Below, one piece after another: positions 9,081 to 17,697 of a stretch of DNA of 64,000 nucleotides. Origin of the DNA: an uncultured virus (IMG/VR IMGVR_UViG_3300017783_005492). Its lineage: Duplodnaviria > Heunggongvirae > Uroviricota > Caudoviricetes. Numbering within the stretch: position 1 is the first letter of the stretch; each line of letters begins with the position of its first letter. The DNA lies in IMG/VR virus record IMGVR_UViG_3300017783_005492; one strand, written 5' to 3'. Under the pieces are notes generated by a model. That model made no database searches. It was given only the letters and a program-made list of their open reading frames with translations, and was not told the origin of the DNA. The translations under genes and the position numbers were made by a program.

Positions 9081-9620
9081 ATGGAAATACAAGCAAACAT
9101 TGAGTACAAAATGTACGATGTTCCTCATAACTCAGGTCAACGAGCTATTGCGGATATCATAGAAAACGATGTGGTTAATCAACTTATTGAACAAGGTGGT
9201 GTTGCACCAAAAAGCGTGCGTACTATTGAAGATGTAACGTTCAAAGGTGTATTGGTTGACGTTAAAACCCGCGACATTGGTCGTGAATTTAGTATGCCTA
9301 ATCTTATTTCAGTAGATAGATTATCAAAAAATAGAAATACTGAAATAGCATACCTATTCATTGATTATGTAGTTAATCCTGTTGATGGTGAAACTGCTCA
9401 AATAGTCAATATTGAATATCGACCTATAGAGTCAATTGATTGGCATCATCTTTCTATTCAAAACCTTGGCTTAGGTCAACTTCAATTGGTAAAAACCGAT
9501 AAAGGTATTAATTACTTTGAAGGCACTAAAGATGATTGGTTCTTTGAGTTAAAGTTACAAATGGGTAATTTTTATGAAAGACAGATTAGAAAATTTGAAT
9601 CACTAAGAAAAAAATTGTAA
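9081..9620 (+). CDS. PD-(D/E)xK restriction-endonuclease-like protein
   Basis: ED...VDVKT catalytic-like motif; MPNLISVDRL and LGLGQLQ blocks resemble type II REase-like proteins; RBS GGAAAAGGA. Confidence 0.55.
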   Translation: MEIQANIEYKMYDVPHNSGQRAIADIIENDVVNQLIEQGGVAPKSVRTIEDVTFKGVLVDVKTRDIGREFSMPNLISVDRLSKNRNTEIAYLFIDYVVNPVDGETAQIVNIEYRPIESIDWHHLSIQNLGLGQLQLVKTDKGINYFEGTKDDWFFELKLQMGNFYERQIRKFESLRKKL

Positions 9621-9657
9621 AAAAATGAAAAAAAATGCATTTAATTGCATTTAATGG

Positions 9658-9710
9658 TGTACAATTGAAAAGAACTATGGTATAATAGATCTATAAAATG
9701 GAAAAGGAAA
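9658..9710 (+). promoter_or_regulatory. early promoter with conserved leader
   Basis: TGTACA(9658)-17bp-TATAAT(9681), AGATCTATAAAATGGAAAAGGAAA. Confidence 0.85.
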
Positions 9711-9712
9711 AG

Positions 9713-9796
9713 TTTACTGGAGAAAATTTACTGGAGCCGAAAGGTTAGGATTAAGAGTCACTGCAAAGTTTTTTAAGATTAAGAGTCACTGCAAAG
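9713..9796 (+). repeat. two pairs of direct repeats in the 5' leader of the DUF932 gene
   Basis: TTTACTGGAG at 9713 and 9727; GATTAAGAGTCACTGCAAAG at 9749 and 9777. Confidence 0.9.
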
Positions 9797-9830
9797 CTTT
9801 CCAAAACACAGTCTTAAGGAGACATATATT

Positions 9831-10778
9831 ATGGCACATCAAGTAGAAACAATGGCGTATGCCGGTCAGGTTCCGTGGCATGGACTAGGAGTTCCTGTAT
9901 CAAACGATCTTACTCCTCAGCAAATGCAAGAAAAAGCTGGACTAAATTGGAAAGTTCGCGAGCTTGACTCATTTATTGAGATTGATGGTGAAAAAACACT
10001 TACTGGTCTAAAGTCTCTTGTTAGAGAAGATAACAAGAAAATTTTGACTAATGTTGGCGAAAACTGGAATCCAGTTCAAAATGACGATGCATTTAATTTC
10101 TTCTCAGAATATTGCATGTCTGGTGATATGGAAATGCATACTGCTGGATCACTTAAAGGTGGTCAAATGGTATGGGCTTTGGCTAAAGTCAAAGAGTCTT
10201 TTGATTTGTTTGGTGATGATAAAGTTGATTCATATCTTCTTTTTTCTAATCCTCATCAATATGGCAAGTCAATTGACATTCGCTTTACTCCTATCCGTGT
10301 AGTATGTAACAACACACTTACTATGTCACTTGAGTCAAAGGCTGATCGTTCAGTTAAAGTTGGTCACCGCACAGCATTTGATGCTGAAAGTGTAAAACAA
10401 ACTCTAGGCCTTGCACATGAAAAGTTTGCAAAATACAAAGAAATGGCTCAGTTCTTAGCTTCGAAGAAAATGACAAGTGATAACTATATCGCTTTTCTTA
10501 ATGAAGTGTTTCCTCGTACTTCAGGTCAAGTTGACTCAATCAATGTTGACACAATCTCTCGCTCGGCTAAGCAAGCACTTTCTGTCTTAGAAACTCAGCC
10601 AGGTGCAGAGTATGGTGAAGGCACTTGGTGGCAGGCATTTAATTCAGTAACATTTATTACTGATCATGTCCAAGGACGAAATGCTGAAAATAGATTGCAC
10701 TCACAGTGGTTTGGTTTCAACCAACTACGTAAAGTTAAAGCTGCAGAAAAAGCAGTAGAATACGCAATGAGTGCATAA
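9831..10778 (+). CDS. DUF932/DUF945 family phage-plasmid protein
   Basis: MAH..ETMAY...PWHGLG, VQN..AF.FF, TPIRVVCNNTL, GTWWQAFN. Confidence 0.85.
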   Translation: MAHQVETMAYAGQVPWHGLGVPVSNDLTPQQMQEKAGLNWKVRELDSFIEIDGEKTLTGLKSLVREDNKKILTNVGENWNPVQNDDAFNFFSEYCMSGDMEMHTAGSLKGGQMVWALAKVKESFDLFGDDKVDSYLLFSNPHQYGKSIDIRFTPIRVVCNNTLTMSLESKADRSVKVGHRTAFDAESVKQTLGLAHEKFAKYKEMAQFLASKKMTSDNYIAFLNEVFPRTSGQVDSINVDTISRSAKQALSVLETQPGAEYGEGTWWQAFNSVTFITDHVQGRNAENRLHSQWFGFNQLRKVKAAEKAVEYAMSA

Positions 10779-10783
10779 ATTGG

Positions 10784-10835
10784 TTTACAATGAGGTAGAT
10801 CTATGGTATAATAGATCTACCAATTGAAAAAGGAG
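10784..10835 (+). promoter_or_regulatory. early promoter whose -10 lies inside an 11-bp inverted repeat
   Basis: TTTACA(10784)-17bp-TATAAT(10807); GGTAGATCTAT/ATAGATCTACC flank the -10. Confidence 0.8.
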
Positions 10836-10843
10836 TTATAGTA

Positions 10844-11164
10844 ATGGGAATTCAAGCCCCACGTTATCCAACAGATTCTTTTATAGGTACCTTTAGTCGT
10901 GATAGCGACGCTGATATGAAAGATCTAGAAATGGTGAGACATATGGTTTCTCGATTTAATGGTTGGTTGAAACAAAGCAAAAGTGACAAACGATATCGTG
11001 TTGTTATTCGTGGACGTAAACCATATAAAAAAATGAAAGCGGTTCATCCACATTACAGATTCTGTAACTCAAAAGGTGAAGTGTCATATGACTACTTTGG
11101 AAATATTGTCGGCGGCATTAAAAATGCTAGTGTCTTAAAGGCTTTTATATACGAAAGACGATAA
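10844..11164 (+). CDS. hypothetical early protein
   Basis: ORF with AAGGAG RBS directly behind the promoter. Confidence 0.75.
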   Translation: MGIQAPRYPTDSFIGTFSRDSDADMKDLEMVRHMVSRFNGWLKQSKSDKRYRVVIRGRKPYKKMKAVHPHYRFCNSKGEVSYDYFGNIVGGIKNASVLKAFIYERR

Positions 11165-11172
11165 TACAAATA

Positions 11173-11219
11173 TATAAGCAAGCGTTATTTTCCTTTCCTT
11201 TTCCAACGCGAGGCTTATA
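11173..11219 (+). ncRNA. candidate small RNA hairpin with a loop antisense to the early leader/RBS
   Basis: Stems TATAAGC/GCTTATA and GCGTT/AACGC enclose ATTTTCCTTTCCTTTTCC; followed by a terminator. Confidence 0.55.
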
Positions 11220-11225
11220 GGACAT

Positions 11226-11253
11226 AGGGGGGCACATGCTCCCCTTTGTTTTT
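11226..11253 (+). terminator. Rho-independent terminator
   Basis: AGGGGGGC-ACAT-GCTCCCCT followed by TTGTTTTT. Confidence 0.8.
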
Positions 11254-11254
11254 A

Positions 11255-11262
11255 TATAAATA
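11255..11262 (+). promoter_or_regulatory. T4-type late promoter
   Basis: TATAAATA immediately upstream of the late gene cluster. Confidence 0.75.
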
Positions 11263-11289
11263 GAACAAGGATAAAAAAAAGAGAGTGGC

Positions 11290-12261
11290 ATGATAAGCTT
11301 CAAACGTTTTTTAATGGAAAAGGTTATGCAACAATTTAACGTACTTAAGCACACTGATCTTACAAAAGACAGGTCGCGTGGTGAATTGTTTGTTATGAAA
11401 ATAAAAACAGGTGAAGACTTTGCATTAGCAAACGGTAAACAAACAAAGATTGATAAATCTGAATATGACGATGTAGCTGCTGGAATGAACACAAAAGGCT
11501 TTAGTAAAAAGCTTAAAGTTCAAAGCGGTGGATATGTTAACTATCCTAAAGACTTTCTTAAAACAGGAGAGTTTGGTGGTAAAGGTAAAGGATCTGGAGT
11601 AGCGGCAGAAAATGCTGCATTAAAGCTAGCAACAACCGCACTCAATAAAGTTTTAACAAAAGAAGCGCAGCCAACTATTATGTTGAAGGTCGGTAAACGT
11701 ACCGTAGAATGCGCTGGAATAATTAGTACTCCTAACCCAGGAGGTAGAGATCCAAAGTCAGATTTTGCTATTGTAAATCTAAAGGGCGATATGGTTGCTC
11801 ATATATCTCATAAAGCAGGTAGAACAGCAAAAGACTTTCAACAATACGGCGGTGTTACAGATCTTAAAGGAAGTAAAGAAATAGAAAGCTTTATGAAAGA
11901 CGTAATCGCAAAGCATCCTGGAGGCCTAGGCTCAGGAGATACGTATTATAGAAAAATTAAGTCAAACGATCTTATTCAAAAATCTGTTTATGGTATTAAA
12001 GCAGGATCAAAAAGCGTAGATGTAAATAACGTAGATGAATTTCACCAAGGAACAATGCAGTTTAAGAAAAAAGGTGGAGCATATATTATCACTTCAACTC
12101 ATAAAGGAATAGTAGGACAAACTCCTAAAGGACCTTATGAGGCAATTCTTGTTGCTCGATACAATAAGCGCAAGGGTACATATGGTTCATTAATTTTACA
12201 AAATTCTAGGATTGGTATTTTTCCAATGGCTAAAATTACGAGAAATACGAAAGAGATATAA
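11290..12261 (+). CDS. hypothetical virion/internal protein, possible PD-(D/E)xK-like domain
   Basis: Capsid-targeting-like N-terminus MISFKRFLME; PKSDF...ISHK...FQQYGG. Confidence 0.6.
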   Translation: MISFKRFLMEKVMQQFNVLKHTDLTKDRSRGELFVMKIKTGEDFALANGKQTKIDKSEYDDVAAGMNTKGFSKKLKVQSGGYVNYPKDFLKTGEFGGKGKGSGVAAENAALKLATTALNKVLTKEAQPTIMLKVGKRTVECAGIISTPNPGGRDPKSDFAIVNLKGDMVAHISHKAGRTAKDFQQYGGVTDLKGSKEIESFMKDVIAKHPGGLGSGDTYYRKIKSNDLIQKSVYGIKAGSKSVDVNNVDEFHQGTMQFKKKGGAYIITSTHKGIVGQTPKGPYEAILVARYNKRKGTYGSLILQNSRIGIFPMAKITRNTKEI

Positions 12262-13487
12262 TGGACACGTTTTCATCATATATTACAGAAAATAAAAATA
12301 CTCACATGACTCATATTGAGGACAAAGTAATCTATGGTGGTGTAAATGGTACTCGTCAAGCTATTCTTGCATTAAGATCTTTAAGAGATATGCTAGGAGG
12401 AGAACATGCTGGAAAAATCTCTACTAAGTGGGATGGCGCTCCTGCCATTTTTGCTGGTGTTGATCCACGAGATGGCAAATTCTTTGTCGCAAAAAAGGGT
12501 ATCTTCAACGTCAATCCTAAAGTCTATAAGACTGCTGCTGATGTTGATGCTGACACTTCAGGTGATTTGTCTGATAAGCTTAAAATTGCACTAAAGCTTT
12601 TACCTTCTTTAGGAATTAAAGGTGTAATACAAGGAGACTTTTTATATGGTCCAGGGGATGTTAAAACTAAAAAAATTAGCGGAAAATCATATGTCACTTT
12701 CCACCCTAATACGATTGTTTATGCAGTACCGGCTGGTACTCAAATGGCCAAGGAAGTCAAGTCAGCAAAAATTGGAATCGTATGGCACACCACATATAAA
12801 GGCAAAACATTTGAATCTATGAAAGCTTCTTATGGAGTAGATGTTTCAAAGTTAAAAACCAGTAAAGCTGTATGGTCACAGGATGCAATGCTTAGAGATT
12901 TAAGCAAAGCAACTATGTCAAAGTCAGATACTAAAGAAGTCAGTGCATACTTGTCACAGGCAGGAAAACTTTTCAATAAAATTTCAGGATCAACATTAAG
13001 ACAGCTTGAAAAAAATCAAGATCTTGCAAAAAATATTGAAACTCACGGAAATAGCTATGTTCGTAAAGGACAAATTCCACCTGATCCTAGGAAAAGAGTA
13101 GCAGCACTAATAAAATTTATTGAAGATAAGTATAAAAAAGAAGCAGATAAAAGAAAAACCGATAAAGGTAAAGCTGCTCAAAAGGCTGTAGCAGATTCTC
13201 TTCTTGTATTTTTCTCTTCTCAAAACAAAAAAAATTTAGAAATGATGTTTGAATTACAAAGAACCATCGTTCTTGCAAAACTAAAACTTATAAATATACT
13301 ACAAAGGGTCCACAATATTGATACATTTGTAAAGACTCGTAAAGGTTTCAAAGTCACTGGCGCTGAAGGATATGTGGCCATTGACAAACTTGGTGGTGAT
13401 GCGGTTAAGATTGTTGATAGAATGGAATTTTCTACCAACAACTTTTCGCCGGATATATTAAAAGGATGGGAAAAGCCGGGGCAATAG
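12261..13487 (+). CDS. conserved T4-like phage protein (DUF6267-like) with ligase-type nucleotidyltransferase motifs
   Basis: KNTHMTHIED N-terminus; KWDG, QGDF, EGYV, VKIVDR. Confidence 0.65.
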   Translation: MDTFSSYITENKNTHMTHIEDKVIYGGVNGTRQAILALRSLRDMLGGEHAGKISTKWDGAPAIFAGVDPRDGKFFVAKKGIFNVNPKVYKTAADVDADTSGDLSDKLKIALKLLPSLGIKGVIQGDFLYGPGDVKTKKISGKSYVTFHPNTIVYAVPAGTQMAKEVKSAKIGIVWHTTYKGKTFESMKASYGVDVSKLKTSKAVWSQDAMLRDLSKATMSKSDTKEVSAYLSQAGKLFNKISGSTLRQLEKNQDLAKNIETHGNSYVRKGQIPPDPRKRVAALIKFIEDKYKKEADKRKTDKGKAAQKAVADSLLVFFSSQNKKNLEMMFELQRTIVLAKLKLINILQRVHNIDTFVKTRKGFKVTGAEGYVAIDKLGGDAVKIVDRMEFSTNNFSPDILKGWEKPGQ

Positions 13488-13859
13488 ATGTTAACATTCG
13501 AAAGCTATATAGAAGCTATTGAGCTTACTGACGAAGAACTAATTGAAAAAGGCTTGTCTATTCAAGGCCGACGGTCATTAGCTCGTTCTATGAAGAAAAA
13601 TCGTTTTAAGCTAGCAAGATCTCGTAAAATACAATCTCGTAAAAGGGCTGACTCTGGTCGTATTAAGAACCGAGCTCGTAGACAAGCACGCTCAGACCTT
13701 TTTAAGAAACTTTCCGGCGGTAAAAGTAGAAGTTCCGTTTCAGTTGCTCGTAAAAAAGGCTTGGAAAGAAGAATGGGTAACAATACTATCCAGCGACGCA
13801 TAAGCACATCTGCAAGAAAAATGATGGCACCGAAGAGAAGAGCGGATCGCAGGACATGA
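13488..13859 (+). CDS. very basic hypothetical protein (probable internal head protein)
   Basis: MLTFESYIEA N-terminus; Arg/Lys rich. Confidence 0.7.
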   Translation: MLTFESYIEAIELTDEELIEKGLSIQGRRSLARSMKKNRFKLARSRKIQSRKRADSGRIKNRARRQARSDLFKKLSGGKSRSSVSVARKKGLERRMGNNTIQRRISTSARKMMAPKRRADRRT

Positions 13860-14914
13860 TTAATAGCTTTAGCCAATTTTTAGTTGAAGAAGAAAAGACT
13901 CTATATTTTGTATGGGGACGGATGAATCCGCCAACTGCAGGTCATGAGAAGCTTCTGGACTTCTTAAAAGCTAAGGCTGGAAATAATCCATACAGAGTTT
14001 ATCTTACTCAAACAGAAGATAAAGATAAAAACCCTATTCCATTTGCGCAAAAAGTAAAGCTTGCTCGTAAAGGATTTCCATCTCACGCTCGTCAAATCAT
14101 TCTAGATAAAAAGCTTAAGACATTATTTCAAGCAATGACTGCTTTTTACAATGAAGGTTTTCGTCGTGTAGTAATTGTTGCAGGTTCTGATCGTATTAGA
14201 GAGTATGATATTACTCTTAACAAATATAATGGAAAAAAAGGTAAACACGGTTTTTATAATTTTGAAAAAATTAGTGTACTAAACGCAGGTAAAAGAGATC
14301 CAGATTCTAAAGGTGTTGATGGCGTATCTGGTACAAAGCTTCGTGGATTTGCTGAAAAAGGTGACTTTACTAGCTTTGCTCAATATATGCCTAAGAAGCT
14401 TTCTAACTCAGATGCTAAGGCTGTATATAATGCTGTTCGTAAAGGTATTGGCCTTAAAGAGCAAAACGTATATGAAAATCATATACAGCTTGAAACAGTT
14501 TCTGAAACACGTGAAGCATATGTCAAAGGCCAACTTTTTGAAGTTGGTGATACTGTAGTTATAAAGAGTACTGATGAAGTAGCAGAAGTAAAGGTTCTAG
14601 GAACTAATTATGTTATTGTTGAAAGTGCAGGTAAAACAACACGTAAATGGCTAGATGCAATTGAGCTTCTTGAAAAAACCAGCTCACCTCAAGATCCAGA
14701 TATTAAAGACAAAGACGGCACACAGCCTAAAGCTTATTATAGTGGTATAAAAACAAAAGCTACGAAAAAGGCAAGAGATTCTCATTTTAAGAAAGGTGCT
14801 AAAAAAGATGATGATGATCCATCAGCATATAAGCCAGCACCTGGAGATGCGACAGCTAAAACTAAGCCAAGTAAACACACTAAAAGATTCAAAGCAATGT
14901 TCGGAGATGACTAA
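13856..14914 (+). CDS. cytidyltransferase-like (HxGH) nucleotidyltransferase
   Basis: WGRMNPPTAGHEKL, VAGSDR, SGTKLR motifs, typical of T4-like marine phages. Confidence 0.8.
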   Translation: MINSFSQFLVEEEKTLYFVWGRMNPPTAGHEKLLDFLKAKAGNNPYRVYLTQTEDKDKNPIPFAQKVKLARKGFPSHARQIILDKKLKTLFQAMTAFYNEGFRRVVIVAGSDRIREYDITLNKYNGKKGKHGFYNFEKISVLNAGKRDPDSKGVDGVSGTKLRGFAEKGDFTSFAQYMPKKLSNSDAKAVYNAVRKGIGLKEQNVYENHIQLETVSETREAYVKGQLFEVGDTVVIKSTDEVAEVKVLGTNYVIVESAGKTTRKWLDAIELLEKTSSPQDPDIKDKDGTQPKAYYSGIKTKATKKARDSHFKKGAKKDDDDPSAYKPAPGDATAKTKPSKHTKRFKAMFGDD

Positions 14915-15315
14915 TGCCAAAGTATAGAGTTGAAGTTGATGGCGAAGGTGTAGAGACAGTCGATGCTCGCACCGAAAAGGAAGCAAAGCTTAAAGCTTTC
15001 CGTAAGCTTGGTATTAAGTCTATGCTTAAAGTCAAAACGCTAACACCTAAAACTAAAGTAACAAAAGAATCAGTAACAGTCAAATTTAGAGATTATATTA
15101 CTGAATCAGAAGGACTAAAGAATAAGGCTGAAAAGTCTGGTATGCCTCTAGGAATTCTAAAAAAAGTTTATAATCGTGGAATGGCTGCTTGGAAAACAGG
15201 TCACCGTCCAGGAACAACACCTCAACAATGGGCCTTTGCTCGTGTCAACTCATTCATAACTAAATCTAAAGGCACGTGGGGTGGTGCTGACAAAGATCTA
15301 GCAGCAAAGGTATAA
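14914..15315 (+). CDS. conserved phage protein (DUF5824-like)
   Basis: LKNKAEKSG..ILKKVYNRGMAAWKTGHRPG..PQQWAFARVNSF. Confidence 0.65.
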   Translation: MPKYRVEVDGEGVETVDARTEKEAKLKAFRKLGIKSMLKVKTLTPKTKVTKESVTVKFRDYITESEGLKNKAEKSGMPLGILKKVYNRGMAAWKTGHRPGTTPQQWAFARVNSFITKSKGTWGGADKDLAAKV

Positions 15316-15319
15316 ACAA

Positions 15320-15751
15320 ATGAAAACATTTGATCAAATTAGAGAAGACATCGAAGAAGCTATGTCACCAAAAGAAAAGGCTGCTCACGATAAAGCCATT
15401 GCAGACTTTAAGAAAAAAGGTGGAAAGATTAAAAAGCTTAAGCCGGGTAAAGCTCAAGGCTATCACGGTAAAGATGATCCCGGCGATAATGTTGCTGGTA
15501 TGCTAGACAGAGGCGACTCTTCTAAGTTTAAGAGAGGCAAAAAAGTCCGGTCAATGAGAGCTCAAACTGAAGCAAGAGAAATTGACTCAAAGAAAATGTC
15601 AGCATATCAAAAATTTGTAAAAGCTAAAAAGGTAGATGATGACGGTGTTCGGATGGCTCATGATAATCCTAATCACCCTGAATCAAAGCGGATGATGAAG
15701 AATAAAGATTTTAGTAAAGCACTCAAAATGTATAAAGGCGCAGGAAAGTAA
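15320..15751 (+). CDS. basic hypothetical protein (probable internal head protein)
   Basis: MKTFDQIRE N-terminus, Lys rich. Confidence 0.7.
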   Translation: MKTFDQIREDIEEAMSPKEKAAHDKAIADFKKKGGKIKKLKPGKAQGYHGKDDPGDNVAGMLDRGDSSKFKRGKKVRSMRAQTEAREIDSKKMSAYQKFVKAKKVDDDGVRMAHDNPNHPESKRMMKNKDFSKALKMYKGAGK

Positions 15752-16101
15752 TGTTAAATTTCAAATCTTTTACTGAAAGCCTCTGGGCTAACATTCATAA
15801 AAAACGTAAAGAAGGTAGACCTATGAGGAAGCCTGGGTCAAAAGGCGCGCCTACTAAAGCTGCTTTTGCTAGCGCTCGAGGCGAAGACGTAGAAGAAAAA
15901 AAAAGCGAAACGTGGGAACAAGGTTACAAGCGTCGTGTAGTAAAAACAACTGATCCTGAGCATAAAGCAAAAGGTTTGAATTGGAGAATTAAAGGAAAAG
16001 AACGTCCTGAAATCTCTATTAAGTTATATAAAGAAAAGCCTTCACAGGCTCAATTTAACACTCAAATGAAGCGTGTCGCAGGGCATGAATTTGGCGGATA
16101 A
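15751..16101 (+). CDS. basic hypothetical protein
   Basis: MLNFKSFTES N-terminus; LWANIHKKR...MRKPGSKGAPT. Confidence 0.7.
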   Translation: MLNFKSFTESLWANIHKKRKEGRPMRKPGSKGAPTKAAFASARGEDVEEKKSETWEQGYKRRVVKTTDPEHKAKGLNWRIKGKERPEISIKLYKEKPSQAQFNTQMKRVAGHEFGG

Positions 16102-16102
16102 C

Positions 16103-16486
16103 ATGAAAAAATTTAAGAATTTCTTTGAACATACTAATTGCGGTACACCGGCCTGTTGTCAGCAGTGTGAAGGAGCTAGCGGCGAAGAAGAACTATATGA
16201 TCATATTATTGAAGCGGCTGAATACCAAGGGAAAAAAGTAAAGCTAAACGATCCTATTCGTACTAGTGAAAATCCTAATAAAAAATTCAAGGTGTATGTA
16301 AAAAACGCAAAAGGTAAAGTTGTAGTCGTAAGATTTGGTGATCCAAATATGAGCATTAATCGCGATGATGCAGGTGCAAGAGCAAGTTTTCGTGCTAGAC
16401 ATAATTGTGATCAGAAAAAAGATAAAACTACAGCAGGTTATTGGTCGTGCTATCAATGGCGAGCTGGTGCAGCAGTAGATAATTAA
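16103..16486 (+). CDS. conserved phage protein with Cys/His motifs
   Basis: MKKFKNFFE start; KKFKVYV...FGDPNM...SFRARHNC...AGYWSC. Confidence 0.7.
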   Translation: MKKFKNFFEHTNCGTPACCQQCEGASGEEELYDHIIEAAEYQGKKVKLNDPIRTSENPNKKFKVYVKNAKGKVVVVRFGDPNMSINRDDAGARASFRARHNCDQKKDKTTAGYWSCYQWRAGAAVDN

Positions 16487-16497
16487 TAGGATTTCTA

Positions 16498-16776
16498 ATG
16501 GCAGATACAAATACCTCGCGGCTTGATCGCATTGAAGAAAAGATTGATAAGCTAGCTGATGCTATGGTTTCTATGGCTCGTGCCGAAGAAAAAATAACGT
16601 CGCTGCAAGATGATCATGAAAAAATGTATGAAAGGATTAATCGCCTTTCTGCTAAATTGGATTCTATAGAGAAAAAGGTCGATGAAAATCATCGTACAGT
16701 TTCTCTTATAAATAAGATTGTATACGCTGCAGCTATTGCAGGAATTGGCACATATGTAGCCCATATGTGGATGTAA
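16498..16776 (+). CDS. coiled-coil protein with C-terminal TM helix
   Basis: RLDRIEEKIDKL heptads; hydrophobic tail. Confidence 0.7.
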   Translation: MADTNTSRLDRIEEKIDKLADAMVSMARAEEKITSLQDDHEKMYERINRLSAKLDSIEKKVDENHRTVSLINKIVYAAAIAGIGTYVAHMWM

Positions 16777-16791
16777 CTAAAGGAGAAGGTA

Positions 16792-17697
16792 ATGAACCTA
16801 GAAGAAATTAAACGTATGGGCTTGGCTTTACAGCAGGTCCGAGAAGCTGCCGCTAAAAAAGAAGATGCGTCAAACGACAAGTCTGATGATGGCGAAGGCA
16901 TGGATAAAGTTGACCCTAAAGCGGCTAAGAAAAAATTCAAAGATCGTAAAGATACAGATCTTGACAACGATGGAGATACTGATAGCACTGACAAGTACCT
17001 TCATAAAAAGCGTAAAGCTATTGGTAAATCAATCGACGGCGAAGATGATGATGATAAAGAAACATTAGATGATGACAAAGGCCAGTTTATTCATGCAGCC
17101 AAAATGGCTAAAAAAGATGGCAAAAAAGATTTTGTATTTGCAGGTAAAAAATATCCTGTGGATATGAAAGAAGCTGAAATGAATGAAATCCTTGGCACAA
17201 TTGCTAAAGGCGTTGGCAACCTTGCTAAAAAGACTGTAATCAATAAGCAAGGAAACTTTAGACTTGGTGCAGCCGGTAGAGCAGATGCTGCTCAAAACAA
17301 AGCAGCTAAAATGAAGAAAAAGGCTGCTGATATTAACCGTAAAAAGGATGCAGGTGCTGATCTGAAAAAAGCTAAAACAGATGTAGCAGCAGCTAAAGCT
17401 AGAAAAGAAGCGCTGTCATTTAGAGCATTTAAGGAAAAATTCTTAACTGACGATAAAGACCGAAAATCCAAAGCTACAGATCCAGAAGGCATGCTAGATA
17501 AGTCTAAATCGTCAAAAGGCGCAATGGACATGATGAAAGATGCAGAGTATGTAAAAAATAATGTAGATGACACTGAAGCAAAAGGTCATAATGATGCAGC
17601 TCAAGCTGGTAAAAAAGGTCCAAACGGAAAAGCACGTAAAGGTGATAACGGTGCTGGAGATAAATCAATTATTAATAAACCGACGGAGAAAAAATAA
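16792..17697 (+). CDS. highly charged low-complexity virion protein
   Basis: K/D/A rich; DLDNDGDTDSTDKYL motif; AAGGAG RBS. Confidence 0.7.
   Translation: MNLEEIKRMGLALQQVREAAAKKEDASNDKSDDGEGMDKVDPKAAKKKFKDRKDTDLDNDGDTDSTDKYLHKKRKAIGKSIDGEDDDDKETLDDDKGQFIHAAKMAKKDGKKDFVFAGKKYPVDMKEAEMNEILGTIAKGVGNLAKKTVINKQGNFRLGAAGRADAAQNKAAKMKKKAADINRKKDAGADLKKAKTDVAAAKARKEALSFRAFKEKFLTDDKDRKSKATDPEGMLDKSKSSKGAMDMMKDAEYVKNNVDDTEAKGHNDAAQAGKKGPNGKARKGDNGAGDKSIINKPTEKK

Noticed and set aside
9713..9796. Mini CRISPR array
   Set aside because: Only two copies of each repeat with 4-8 nt spacers; no cas operon
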